Positions 28,095-40,258 of a stretch of DNA of 56,321 nt are shown piece by piece. Source of the stretch: Acidobacteriota bacterium (GTDB lineage: Bacteria; Acidobacteriota; Vicinamibacteria; Vicinamibacterales; JAMQPK01). The notes under the pieces were generated by a model, which had not been told where the DNA came from, ran no database searches, and worked only from the letters and a program-made list of their open reading frames with translations. Made by a program: the position numbers and the translations under genes. The stretch spans positions 1 through 56,321 of the forward strand of contig JANNJO010000029.1 in NCBI GenBank assembly GCA_031395755.1. The letters run 5' to 3'. Position 1 is the first letter of the stretch. Each line of letters opens with the position of its first letter.

Positions 28095-29541
28095 CCGGTA
28101 CAGATACCGCCTCCCTCTCGCCGCTCTCCTGCTCCGCTCTCGATTCGCTCGTCCGCTTCCGTCGCGGCCGGATGTCGTAACGCTTGATCATTTCGTTCAA
28201 CGTCGTCGGCTTGATTCGGAGAAGCTCCGCGGCGCGCTTCTGAACGCCGCCGGCCGCCTCGAGGGTCGACTCGATGAGGCGCTTCTCAAAATCGGTAATC
28301 ACGTCCTTGAACGAAATGCCTTCCGGCGGAACAACGAATCGCGGCATCTGGAAGATCGTGGGCCGCCCGATGTGATCGGGCAGCAGATCGGGACCGATAC
28401 GGCGGCCGGTCGAAAGAACCACGGCTCGCTCGATCACGTTTTCCAGCTCCCGGACGTTGCCGGGCCAGTCGTAGGACATCATGATATCCAGCGCGTCGGG
28501 CACCAGCTCGAGGTCCGGCTTGCGATTTTCCTCGCCGTACTTCTCGATGAAGTGCTGCACGAGCAGCGGAATATCGTCCTTGCGATCGCGCAGAGGCGGC
28601 AGCACCACGTTGACGACGTTCAGCCTGTAGAAGAGATCCTCGCGAAAGCGCCCCTCCTCCATCGTCTTCTTCAGGTCCACGTTGGTGGCGGCGACAATCC
28701 GCACATCGACCTTGATGACTTCCATGCCGCCCAGGCGCATGAACTCCCGCTCCTGCATGACGCGGAGCAGCTTGGCCTGAGTCTCGAGCGGGATGTTGCC
28801 GATTTCGTCGAGGAAAATGGTTCCCTTGTCCGCGAGGTCGAAGAGCCCCTTCTTGGGGTAGACGGCGCCGGTAAACGCGCCTTTCACGTGCCCGAAGAGC
28901 GTCGACTCCAGCAGATCGGGCGGAAGGTTGCCCGAATTCACCGTCACGAAAGCGCGGTCTTTCCGCTGCGAGTGCGTGTGAATCGCGCGCGCGACGAGCT
29001 CCTTGCCAGTGCCGCTCTCGCCCTGAATGAGGATCGTCGAACGGCTCGGCGCCGCCTGGATGATCAGGTCGAACACCCGGCGCATCGCCGGACCGCGCCC
29101 GACGATGTTGTCGAAGTGGCTGTACTGTTCCTGGATGTTCTGCCGCAGCGGGCGATTCTCGTTGACCAGGCGACGGAGACCGAGGGCGTTCTTGACGACC
29201 ACCATCACCTCGTCGTTCTTGAACGGCTTGGTGATGTAGTCGAAGGCCCCGCGCTTCATCGACGTGATGGCATTCTCGACCGATGCGTACGCCGTCACCA
29301 TGATGACCGCCAGCTCATCGTCCAGCTTCTTGAGCGATTCGAGCGTGGTCATCCCATCAATGCCGGGCATCATGAGGTCGACAATCGCGGCGTCGAACGG
29401 GATATTGCGCGCCAGCTCGATGCCTTCCTCTCCGCTGGCGGCGAGACGCACGGAGTACCCCTCGCCCTTCAGCAGGGTTTCGAGGATCTCGCGCATGATT
29501 TCTTCGTCGTCGACTACGAGAATCGAACCATTCTTCTGCAT
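28090..29541 (-). CDS. sigma-54-dependent response regulator (NtrC family)
   Basis: Receiver domain ILVVDDEEIMREIL...DLMMPGIDG. AAA+ domain GESGTGKELVARAIH with GAFTGA. C-terminal Fis-type HTH AAELLRIKPTTLNEMIKRY. Start chosen at MQKNGS, 9 nt after the kinase stop. Confidence 0.9.
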   Translation of the reverse strand: MQKNGSILVVDDEEIMREILETLLKGEGYSVRLAASGEEGIELARNIPFDAAIVDLMMPGIDGMTTLESLKKLDDELAVIMVTAYASVENAITSMKRGAFDYITKPFKNDEVMVVVKNALGLRRLVNENRPLRQNIQEQYSHFDNIVGRGPAMRRVFDLIIQAAPSRSTILIQGESGTGKELVARAIHTHSQRKDRAFVTVNSGNLPPDLLESTLFGHVKGAFTGAVYPKKGLFDLADKGTIFLDEIGNIPLETQAKLLRVMQEREFMRLGGMEVIKVDVRIVAATNVDLKKTMEEGRFREDLFYRLNVVNVVLPPLRDRKDDIPLLVQHFIEKYGEENRKPDLELVPDALDIMMSYDWPGNVRELENVIERAVVLSTGRRIGPDLLPDHIGRPTIFQMPRFVVPPEGISFKDVITDFEKRLIESTLEAAGGVQKRAAELLRIKPTTLNEMIKRYDIRPRRKRTSESRAEQESGEREAVSVPE

Positions 29542-29549
29542 ATGCTCAC

Positions 29550-32447
29550 TCAATTCCTGGCCGCGCCCGGACGCGCGGACGCGACAGACTCCGGCAACGA
29601 CACGGTGAACCGCGTCCCCTGACCGACTGCGCTCTGGCATGTCAACGTGCCCTCGTGCTCGCGCACAATGCCGTAGGTAATCGAGAGCCCGAGGCCCGTA
29701 CCCTTGCCGATCAGCTTGGTCGTGAAGAACGGGTCGTAAATCCGCGAAAGGTGCTCGCTGGGAATTCCGGAACCCGTGTCTCCAACTTCCGCCAGCACGC
29801 CCCCACCCTCGATGCGAGTCGACACCGACAACCAGCCGCCCTTCGGCATGGCATCTCGTGCGTTGAGAAACAGATTCAGGAACACCTGCTGCAGCTTGTG
29901 CTCAATGCCTGTGACGAGGGCCGGCGAGGGGCACAGCTCGCGCCGTACCTTGATTTTGCCGGCCAAGAGCTGAGGCTCCAGGAGCGACAGCACATCGCTG
30001 ATGATGGCGTTCAGATCCACAGGACCGGTTTCCTCAGGGTTCGATCCGCTCGAGCGAGACAGGTTGAGCAGCCCGTTGACGATCTTGGCGGCGCGGAACG
30101 TCTGCTGTTCGATCTTCTCGAGCATCCGCGTCCTCGGGTCGTCGGGATCCGCGTTGCTCAACAGCATCTGCGTGAAGCTCGAGATGCCGGTCAGCGGCGT
30201 GTTCACTTCGTGCGCCACGCCTGCGGCCAGCAGGCCGACCGAGGCCATCTTGTCGGAAATCTGGAGCTGCTCCTCGAGGTGCACGCGCTCGGTGACGTCT
30301 TCGATGATGATGATGTTGCCCACCGTCGACATCGCGAACTGGCCGCTCGGCGCCTTCAGCGGGGCGGTCGCGATGTTCACGCGCAGCCGCTCGCCGGCTT
30401 TCGCTGCACGCCCCGCGAGCGGAACGCGGTAGAGCGACGCGCCGGCGGGAGCTTCGCGCTGCGCCGCCCGCAGCGCTTCGACAAACGGCCCGTCCAATAC
30501 CTCTTCGAGCTTGTGCCCGATGGCCTCTGTCGCCGACAGACCGTACATATCCGCGAGCGCGCGATTCCACCGAAGGACGCGGCCGTCCAAATCCTCGACG
30601 ACGAGCCCGTTATCGAGCGACTCCACGATGTTCTCGTTGAACTCCTGGAGCCGCTGCAGTTCGCTCGCTTTCAGCTGGAGCTGCCGGTAGAGGCGCCCGT
30701 TCTCGAGCGCCGTCGCGACATGGCTGCCAACGGCTGACAGCAGACCCAAGTCCTCGCTGCTGAGCGGCTCGCCCTGGCCCCGCTGGCCGAGCGCAAGCAC
30801 TGCAATCGTTCCACCCTTCGACACGCACGGCACGAAGTAGTGCACGCCGCGGAGCCGCCAGAACGCAATCTCCTCCGGCGGAAACGCGCCGTGGAGGGTC
30901 GGATCGTCGAGCGACAGCGCCATCCCGCCGGCCAGGCTCGCGGCGAGTTGCGAGTGCCGGCTCAAGCCGGGCACCGAAAGATCGCCGAACCCTTCGGCGC
31001 GGATGACTTCGTAGTTGCCGGACGCTTCGTCGACCAGCAGCAGCGCCATCCGATCGATCACGAACGTGTCGCGAACACGCGCGACAAGCCGCTCCCCGAG
31101 CCGATCGAGATCGAGGTCGCTGTTGAGGTCGCGCGCAAATCCGACGAGCGCTCTGCGATAGTCGTATTGGTCCCGATAGAAGGCGCGGTCGAGCGCGTTC
31201 TGAATGGCGCTCTTGACGGGGCTGAAGAGCAGCACGACCACGATCGTCGCGAGCATCGCGATGATCATGTTGTGACGCTCGGCCGCGTCGAGAAACACGA
31301 CGCCCGCAAGCCGGAGCAGTGTGGCGTAAATCGTGAAGATGGCGAGAATCACCGCCGTGTACACCAGGCTGCGCTTGACGATGACCTCGACATCCATCAG
31401 CCGGTAGCGGATCAGCGCCGACGCGAAGGCGAGCGGCACGAGGCTGAGCGGAATCACCGACAGCTCCATCGGCAGCGACGTGCGCAGGCCCAGCGCATAC
31501 GGCAGGGCGTAGCCGAACGCGAATGGGCCAGCCCCGAATGCGGTGCCCCAGATGATCCACCGCAGCTGGCGGCGTGCGGTCGCCGACCGCACGCGATCCA
31601 TGGCGCGCATCAGCACGACCAGGCCCGCAATCATGAAGATCGAGAGATACAACGGCTCGAGTTGATCGAGCAGCGTCAGCACGCGCGAATAGAGCGGCGT
31701 GTTTGTGGAGAGCCGGCCGACGGCGAGCACGTTCACGGCGAACAGCAGGACAGCGGCGGCATAAAACAGCGCCACGAGACGCCGTCCGCGGCCCCGAATC
31801 CATGCGGATGGACGATCGGGAAAGACGAGCGTGAAATGCAGGAACAGTGGTGCGAGGAGGAGGGTGGCGACGACATCCGCCCAGTAGAAGTACCAGTCGA
31901 GCCGATCGAGCCGGCTGAACGAGAACGTCAGTGTGCCGAAAAACGCGAGGCACAGCCAGAAGAAGTGCAGGGTCGCAGGATCGCTGGGCCGGCGCAGCCG
32001 CACGGAGGCGCCGACGAGCAGCGTGAAGATTCCGATCGCGGCGCCGATGACGTACAGCGTGGGGTTGCCGCCCGGAACAGGTGCGACGTCAACGTTGAGC
32101 ATGGTGCGCTCGCCCAGGCGGAGCACCGTATAGGACAGCGGGTCTGACTCCGTTGCCTGACCCAGCGCGTGATGAACCGCATCGACGCTCTCCAGAGGAA
32201 CGCCGTCGATAGCGATGAGCACATCGCCCGGCCGGATACCGGCAGCCTTCGCGCCGCCGTGCGCCGCCACGTCCGCAGCTGTGACACCCTCGGGGCGCGC
32301 TTCCCACAGCACGCCGTCCTCGAGCTTGTGCGAGGTCGCGCGCACCGCGATGTTCAGGGCGCCGAAGCAAAGCAGGACTCCGACCAGGGCAAAGAGGCTC
32401 CACCCTGCCAACGGACGCCGGTGCGTTCGACGGGGTTGACTTTTCAT
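29550..32447 (-). CDS. sensor histidine kinase: N-terminal PDZ, multi-TM region, GAF, PAS, HisKA, HATPase_c
   Basis: One TM segment, then a PDZ-like GIRPGDVLIAIDGVPLESVDAV...YTVLRLGERTM. About 7 hydrophobic helices follow. GAF-like region (DRMALLLVDEASGNY...), PAS (NIVESLDNGLVVEDLDGRVLRWNRAL), H-box GVAHEVNTPL, N-box LNLFLNARDAM, G-boxes GDTGSGIP and GTGLGLSI. Confidence 0.85.
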   Translation of the reverse strand: MKSQPRRTHRRPLAGWSLFALVGVLLCFGALNIAVRATSHKLEDGVLWEARPEGVTAADVAAHGGAKAAGIRPGDVLIAIDGVPLESVDAVHHALGQATESDPLSYTVLRLGERTMLNVDVAPVPGGNPTLYVIGAAIGIFTLLVGASVRLRRPSDPATLHFFWLCLAFFGTLTFSFSRLDRLDWYFYWADVVATLLLAPLFLHFTLVFPDRPSAWIRGRGRRLVALFYAAAVLLFAVNVLAVGRLSTNTPLYSRVLTLLDQLEPLYLSIFMIAGLVVLMRAMDRVRSATARRQLRWIIWGTAFGAGPFAFGYALPYALGLRTSLPMELSVIPLSLVPLAFASALIRYRLMDVEVIVKRSLVYTAVILAIFTIYATLLRLAGVVFLDAAERHNMIIAMLATIVVVLLFSPVKSAIQNALDRAFYRDQYDYRRALVGFARDLNSDLDLDRLGERLVARVRDTFVIDRMALLLVDEASGNYEVIRAEGFGDLSVPGLSRHSQLAASLAGGMALSLDDPTLHGAFPPEEIAFWRLRGVHYFVPCVSKGGTIAVLALGQRGQGEPLSSEDLGLLSAVGSHVATALENGRLYRQLQLKASELQRLQEFNENIVESLDNGLVVEDLDGRVLRWNRALADMYGLSATEAIGHKLEEVLDGPFVEALRAAQREAPAGASLYRVPLAGRAAKAGERLRVNIATAPLKAPSGQFAMSTVGNIIIIEDVTERVHLEEQLQISDKMASVGLLAAGVAHEVNTPLTGISSFTQMLLSNADPDDPRTRMLEKIEQQTFRAAKIVNGLLNLSRSSGSNPEETGPVDLNAIISDVLSLLEPQLLAGKIKVRRELCPSPALVTGIEHKLQQVFLNLFLNARDAMPKGGWLSVSTRIEGGGVLAEVGDTGSGIPSEHLSRIYDPFFTTKLIGKGTGLGLSITYGIVREHEGTLTCQSAVGQGTRFTVSLPESVASARPGAARN

Positions 32448-32534
32448 CTAGTTAGGCCATGGGATAGCCTTGGAACTGCAAAGCCCATACCCCAATAATC
32501 CTTTTATCTACAGTAACTTATCGGCTACTAGCTG

Positions 32535-32567
32535 TGGAAAATCCATGCAAATGGATGAAAAGATCCA
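32535..32567. promoter_or_regulatory. cluster of TGGA/TCCA half-site palindromes upstream of the kinase operon (candidate operator)
   Basis: The sequence is TGGAaaaTCCAtgcaaaTGGAtgaaaagaTCCA. It includes the perfect hairpin ATCCAT-gcaa-ATGGAT and sits in the unusually AT-rich spacer 32448..32622. Pattern only. Confidence 0.25.
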
Positions 32568-32622
32568 CAATTTTGAATTCTAATGCCGTCGGAAAGGAAG
32601 AAAGAAAGGGACGGGGACCCCT

Positions 32623-34515
32623 CTAGAACTTGACCAGCAGGCCTCCGACGATGCGCTTGGGGGCGCGGATCGCGAGCGCTTCGTCGTAGATCGAGGCCTC
32701 AGCGGCCGCCTCTCGGAACATGTTGCGGACGTCGACCAGCGCTTCCCAGTCCGTGTTGGAAAAACGGAGGAAGGGCAGCGCCTGATTCACACGAACGTTG
32801 AACCGCGCGTTCGCCGTAGAGCGCAGGTGCGCGTCCGGCTCGGCGCTCCAGAATGCGGTGTTGACGCGATAGGTCGCAAACAGCCGGGTCGCCGTCTGTG
32901 GGATCGTGGCTTCGACCGATGTGTGCAGATCGTGAACTCTTTCCGCGCTCAACGGCAGCGACCGGACCGCGCGCACGATGGAGCCGTCCCCCACCTGGGC
33001 CCAGTACGCCGTCGACACCGTGTACTCGATGCTGCCGCGAAGGTAGCCGGGGACTTCCTGCGTCATCCCCACGCCCCAGCCGCGGGCGTCGATGTTGCCT
33101 GCGGTTGCCACGTAGTAATGACCAAGCGGCGCCTCGACGCGCCCCGGGACGGCATCAAAGATTTCAATGAGTTGATCGGTGGTCTGCTGATCGAAGCCAC
33201 GCAGCGAGACGGTGACCCCCGGTGCCAGGTCGCGCTCGATCGACAACTGCAGGTGACGGGTCTGCTCAGCGGTGAACCGACCGTCATGAGCGAGCGACGA
33301 GAACGTCCGCTCGGGAGGCAACCACACACCAGTCACCGACGGCGCGAATTCCTCGGCGCCGGGTACGACCGCCCGCTGCGATGCGAGCGCCTTGACGCGG
33401 ACTCCGTTCAGCGGCACTGTGACGCTGAGGCGCGGGCTCCAGACTCCCGAGCCGCCGAGATAGTCATACCGCGCGTAGCCGGTACCGTATCCAAGCACCA
33501 GCCGCGGCGACACGGTCCACTCGTCGTACCCGTACACGCTGCCGACATTCCTTGCACTGTCGCGAATGGCGCCGAGCGCTGCCGCATTTCCGCCGTCGTA
33601 GCGCTGCGTGCTGTAGGACAGCCCCAGCTCGTACGCGTGATTCGCGGACTCAATCGATTTGTAAGATCCGGCGACGATCCATGACGACAAATCGCCTTGC
33701 GTCATCGCGCCCTGCATCGACCAGGCACCGCCGGCCGCCTGGGTATTGACCGACAGGAACGCGACGCTGCGCGCGGCGTTGGCGGCGAAGATTTCACCGG
33801 GCCGGTGGAATGATTCAATCGTCATCAGGTTCACCTGCCCCGACAGCGGAAGATCGCTGAAGAAGGCGATGGGAACCAGCGAACCTGAGTGCCCGCCCAG
33901 CCACCGTGCGGGCTCGAGTTCTCCGCTGTCGGCCCAGACGGCGTCGGTGGCAGCGTCCTTCAAAATGCTGCGTGGAAGATGCCGCAGCCGCCAGGCGGTT
34001 TCCCCCGCTCCGCTCTCATCGGCGTCCTCGACCGTACCCGCAGGTTTCGCGGCGGGCTGCGCCGCCTCGAGGCTGAATCCAGCGAGCTGCGTGGTGGGAA
34101 CGACGGGCACGACGGGAACGGTCTCGGCCATGACGACCGGAGCCTTCGGCGCACTCGCCCGCGCCAGCCGTATTTCGGGAACTGCCACGTTGGTCGTGGT
34201 GAGGTGAACCGTGCGCCCGCGCGACTTGAAATAGCCGCGCGAGTGCACGCTGAGAATATAGGGACCGTAGGGAAGCTCTCGCAGTGTGTAGCGTCCGTCG
34301 CGGTCCGTGCTTGCGGCCGCGGTGGTCCGGCCGATGACCGAGACCATGGCGCCCGGTATGGGAACCTGCGTGTCGTCGAGCACCCGGCCTTCGATGCTGC
34401 CGGCCGGAAACGCGTTCCGCGGCGAGCGAGCTTCCGTGGAAGGAGTCTGCGGGTACGCAGCCCCGGCGCCAAGCACGAGCACCGCGATAGCCGCCGCAGG
34501 GAACAACCGGGTCAT
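32623..34515 (-). CDS. outer-membrane beta-barrel protein with an N-terminal carboxypeptidase-regulatory-like domain (TonB-dependent-receptor-like, no obvious plug)
   Basis: Signal peptide. CarboxypepD_reg pattern GSIEGRVLDD...PGAMVSVIGR...TDRDGRYTLRELPYGPYILSVHSRGY. Alternating beta-strand-like C-terminal ~450 aa ending ..GGLLVKF (terminal Phe). Confidence 0.7.
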   Translation of the reverse strand: MTRLFPAAAIAVLVLGAGAAYPQTPSTEARSPRNAFPAGSIEGRVLDDTQVPIPGAMVSVIGRTTAAASTDRDGRYTLRELPYGPYILSVHSRGYFKSRGRTVHLTTTNVAVPEIRLARASAPKAPVVMAETVPVVPVVPTTQLAGFSLEAAQPAAKPAGTVEDADESGAGETAWRLRHLPRSILKDAATDAVWADSGELEPARWLGGHSGSLVPIAFFSDLPLSGQVNLMTIESFHRPGEIFAANAARSVAFLSVNTQAAGGAWSMQGAMTQGDLSSWIVAGSYKSIESANHAYELGLSYSTQRYDGGNAAALGAIRDSARNVGSVYGYDEWTVSPRLVLGYGTGYARYDYLGGSGVWSPRLSVTVPLNGVRVKALASQRAVVPGAEEFAPSVTGVWLPPERTFSSLAHDGRFTAEQTRHLQLSIERDLAPGVTVSLRGFDQQTTDQLIEIFDAVPGRVEAPLGHYYVATAGNIDARGWGVGMTQEVPGYLRGSIEYTVSTAYWAQVGDGSIVRAVRSLPLSAERVHDLHTSVEATIPQTATRLFATYRVNTAFWSAEPDAHLRSTANARFNVRVNQALPFLRFSNTDWEALVDVRNMFREAAAEASIYDEALAIRAPKRIVGGLLVKF

Positions 34516-34551
34516 GAACCCTCCCCCACACTTTTCAATTGACGAACGCGC

Positions 34552-35610
34552 CTACAAGACGGTGAACGGAACGTTCCGCGTAATCGTTTGACTGTTGGTC
34601 TTATCGGTAATCTTGATTTCCAGCCGGTAGTCACCCGGCGCGAACGTCATCGCCGGGCTCTTGAGCGGAATTCCCTGGCCGACGAACACCTGGTGGCCCG
34701 CGTTCAGGTCGAACTGGCCCGGCAGCGTCGTTGCGTTGAACGACTGCGTGGCGAGCTTCGTAAACGGCTTTTCTTCCGCGGCGCGGAAGAAATTGTACTC
34801 CACGTCCAGATCCGGCTTTCCGCTGGCGGCGACCCCTTCATTATAAATGAAAAACACGAACAAAAGCTCCCCAGATTGCGGGATGGTCGGGGTGAAGGCC
34901 GGGGTGACCCGGTAGCCCGAAATCGTGAAGGGCTGCTCGAGCTGCTGCTGGCCCGTCAGCTGCTCCGGGGCCGGGTCCAGCGCCCTGGCCAGGATGACGC
35001 TGCTCGTCGTCAGGCCCTTGTTCATGTCGGGAACCGACAACGGCTGCGCGAAGACCACCGCTTTCGGCGGACCCTGCTTCTTGTCCTTCGGCTGGCGCTC
35101 GCGCATGGCGACATACAGCGTGTATTCGCCGGGAGGGAGGGCAAGCGCGCGGGGAACTTCGGTCACGTCCGCCGCGGTCGTCACGTTCTTCTCGTTCAGG
35201 AAGTAGACGTCCGCGAACGGCCAGTCAGCAGGCTTGTCGCCGGGCTTCGCGGGCGCGCTTGCGGGACCCGCTCCGGCGGCCGGAGCCTTCTGCACCGCGC
35301 GCACGTACATCGCAACCGGGAAGGAGTTGAACGTGCCGCCGCCGACCTCGACGATGTAGGGGATGTAGACACTGTCGTTCGACTTCAGGAAGTGGTTCTG
35401 AAACTTGAGTTTGAGGTCGGCGGGAGCCGGCTGTTTGCCGGCAATCACGGCGTCCACGAGTTCGTTCAGCGCCACATATTCGCGCCGCTCGTCATTGCTG
35501 AGCTTTCTCTGCCCTTGTTCCTGATTCTTCTCTTGCGCGTAGGAGCCGGTCGTGAGGGATGCCGTGAAGGCCAGCGCACCGAAGACTGCGAAAGCGCGAC
35601 GGAAGTTCAT
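34552..35610 (-). CDS. secreted hypothetical protein with an internal duplication
   Basis: Start at MNFRRAFAVFGALAFTASLTTGSYAQE (signal peptide). Two modules end in LPPGEYTLYVAMRE and FAPGDYRLEIKITD. It lies 36 nt upstream of the OM barrel gene. No family was recognised. Confidence 0.6.
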   Translation of the reverse strand: MNFRRAFAVFGALAFTASLTTGSYAQEKNQEQGQRKLSNDERREYVALNELVDAVIAGKQPAPADLKLKFQNHFLKSNDSVYIPYIVEVGGGTFNSFPVAMYVRAVQKAPAAGAGPASAPAKPGDKPADWPFADVYFLNEKNVTTAADVTEVPRALALPPGEYTLYVAMRERQPKDKKQGPPKAVVFAQPLSVPDMNKGLTTSSVILARALDPAPEQLTGQQQLEQPFTISGYRVTPAFTPTIPQSGELLFVFFIYNEGVAASGKPDLDVEYNFFRAAEEKPFTKLATQSFNATTLPGQFDLNAGHQVFVGQGIPLKSPAMTFAPGDYRLEIKITDKTNSQTITRNVPFTVL

Positions 35611-35731
35611 CTCAAAAATCTCCTGTAATTCAAACTTAAAAGCCGAAAAGCGTAATTTATGATGATAGGACGGTGTCACGAATCAAGTCAAACGGGTTGC
35701 GTCCGAACTCTTTCTGATCAAGGGTTCTATC

Positions 35732-37000
35732 GTGGTTGACGACGCGCTGGTCATTCTGCTCGCCGGGGGGGCGGGAGAGCGGCTGTACCCGCTCACCAGA
35801 GATCGCGCAAAGCCGGCGGTCTTTTTCGGCGGCCCGTACCGCATCATCGACTTCACGTTGAGCAACTGCATCAATTCCGGGCTGCGCCGCATTTTCATCG
35901 CGACCCAGTACAAGTCGCTCTCGCTCAACCGTCACATCCGAATGGGCTGGAACATCGTCTCGGAAGAGCTCGGCGAGTTCGTCGAGATTCTTCCGCCGCA
36001 AAAGCGGGTAAGCGAGCATTGGTACCAAGGCACGGCTGACGCGGTCTATCAGAATCTCTACTCAATCGTCCAGGAAACGCCGCAGCACGTCATCGTGCTC
36101 TCTGGCGACCACGTCTACAAGATGGACTACGCCAAGATGCTCCGCTTTCACAAGGAGCGGGGCGCGGCGGTCACGCTCGCCTCCATCGAGATTCCGATTC
36201 AGGAAGCCTATCGATTCGGGGTCCTGTCGGTCGACGAGCAGGACAAGGTCACCGGTTTTATCGAGAAATCGACGAACGCCCCGACGATCCCGGGCTCGCC
36301 CGATTGTGCGCTCGGATCGATGGGGATTTACATCTTCGACACCGATATCCTGCTGAAAGCGCTCGAGGCCGACGCGGCGCGGCCGTCGAGCCACGACTTC
36401 GGCAAGGACATCATCCCCGCGCTGATCACCGAGCTGCCGACCTACGCGTACCGTTTTTACGACGAGAACAAGAAAGTGTCGAAATACTGGCGCGACATCG
36501 GCACGCTCGATGCGTTTTTTGACGCGAACATGGATCTCTGCGGCGTCGACCCGGAGTTCAACCTCTACGATCCCGAGTGGCCGATGCGCACCTACCAGCC
36601 GCAGGCGCCGCCCGCGAAGTTCGTGTTCGCGGAAAAGGGGCGGCGCGCCGGCGAGGCGCTCGACTCGATCATCTCACCAGGCTGCATCATTTCGGGGAGC
36701 CGCGTCGTGGGCAGCGTGCTGTGCCCGAACGTTCGCGTGCACAGCTACGGCGAGATCGAGCAGTGCATCCTGATGCCCGGCGTGCGCATCGGTCGCCACG
36801 CGCGCATTCGCCGCGCCATCATCGACCGCGACGTGCTCATTCCGCGCGGTGCGGTCATCGGATTCAACCCCGAAGAAGATCGAAAGCGACATACCGTGAC
36901 GGATCTCGGAGTTGTCGTCGTCACCGGAGACGACGACCCGCTTGTTGAGCCCATCAGCGAAGAAGCCCTCCGCATCGAAGCCGAAGACGACGGGAGATAA
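35732..37000 (+). CDS. glgC: glucose-1-phosphate adenylyltransferase
   Basis: ILLAGGAGERLYPLTRDRAKPAVFFGGPYRIIDFTLSNCINSG, and a left-handed beta-helix C-terminus; GTG start. Confidence 0.9.
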   Translation: MVDDALVILLAGGAGERLYPLTRDRAKPAVFFGGPYRIIDFTLSNCINSGLRRIFIATQYKSLSLNRHIRMGWNIVSEELGEFVEILPPQKRVSEHWYQGTADAVYQNLYSIVQETPQHVIVLSGDHVYKMDYAKMLRFHKERGAAVTLASIEIPIQEAYRFGVLSVDEQDKVTGFIEKSTNAPTIPGSPDCALGSMGIYIFDTDILLKALEADAARPSSHDFGKDIIPALITELPTYAYRFYDENKKVSKYWRDIGTLDAFFDANMDLCGVDPEFNLYDPEWPMRTYQPQAPPAKFVFAEKGRRAGEALDSIISPGCIISGSRVVGSVLCPNVRVHSYGEIEQCILMPGVRIGRHARIRRAIIDRDVLIPRGAVIGFNPEEDRKRHTVTDLGVVVVTGDDDPLVEPISEEALRIEAEDDGR

Positions 37001-39870
<2,870 letters not shown>

Positions 39871-39873
39871 GGA

Positions 39874-39939
39874 GTAGGGATTGGTGATTGGGGACTAGCT
39901 CTGCCCGCTAGTCCCTAATCCCTGGTCCCCAATCCCTGC
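39874..39939. terminator. heptamer-repeat hairpin filling the convergent gpmI / small-ORF spacer (candidate bidirectional terminator)
   Basis: Left units are AGGGATT GGTGATT GGGGACT AGC. Right units are GCT AGTCCCT AATCCCT GGTCCCC AATCCCT. The inner stem 39886..39899 pairs with 39907..39920 (14 bp including one G:T), with a 7-nt loop. The outer stem 39876..39884 pairs with 39929..39937 (9 bp), separated by an internal loop. There is no clean U-tract. Confidence 0.6.
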
Positions 39940-39940
39940 T

Positions 39941-40258
39941 TTACTCAACTTCTTCCTTCTTGGGCTGCTCGTCCGCGGCGATTCGCAGCGAGCGGAGGAA
40001 CCGGCGGTCGTTCGCCGTCATGTCCTGGGACTTGCGGGCGGCCACCTTGGCGGCGGCCGGAACCTTGACGATGGCACCGCCCTTTTCGGTGGTGCTCGTG
40101 CGGTTGACGAAGCCGACGACCGCTTCAAGGGTGACCTTCATTTCAAACCCCGCCGCGCGCGCCTTCTCTCGGCACGCCTCGACTTGAGGATCATCTGCAA
40201 CGGCGGCAGCAATGGCATCGGCGAGCTCTCGGGCCAGCCGGTTCACGGTGTCATCCAT
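39941..40258 (-). CDS. hypothetical small protein (105 aa)
   Basis: GC3-rich codon usage. GGAGGA sits 7 nt upstream of the second ATG (MDDTVNRLAREL...), so 40258 is preferred over 40273. No recognisable family. Confidence 0.5.
   Translation of the reverse strand: MDDTVNRLARELADAIAAAVADDPQVEACREKARAAGFEMKVTLEAVVGFVNRTSTTEKGGAIVKVPAAAKVAARKSQDMTANDRRFLRSLRIAADEQPKKEEVE

Noticed and set aside
29655-32147. Two plus-strand ORFs of 360 and 435 aa
   Set aside because: They are antisense to the histidine kinase, which has clear H, N and G boxes. The composition is that of a shadow frame.
32448-32622. Sigma-54 promoter for the kinase/regulator operon
   Set aside because: The best candidate on the minus strand (TGGATTTTCCACAGC) has the right GG/GC spacing but a poor -12 element. 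That is not convincing.
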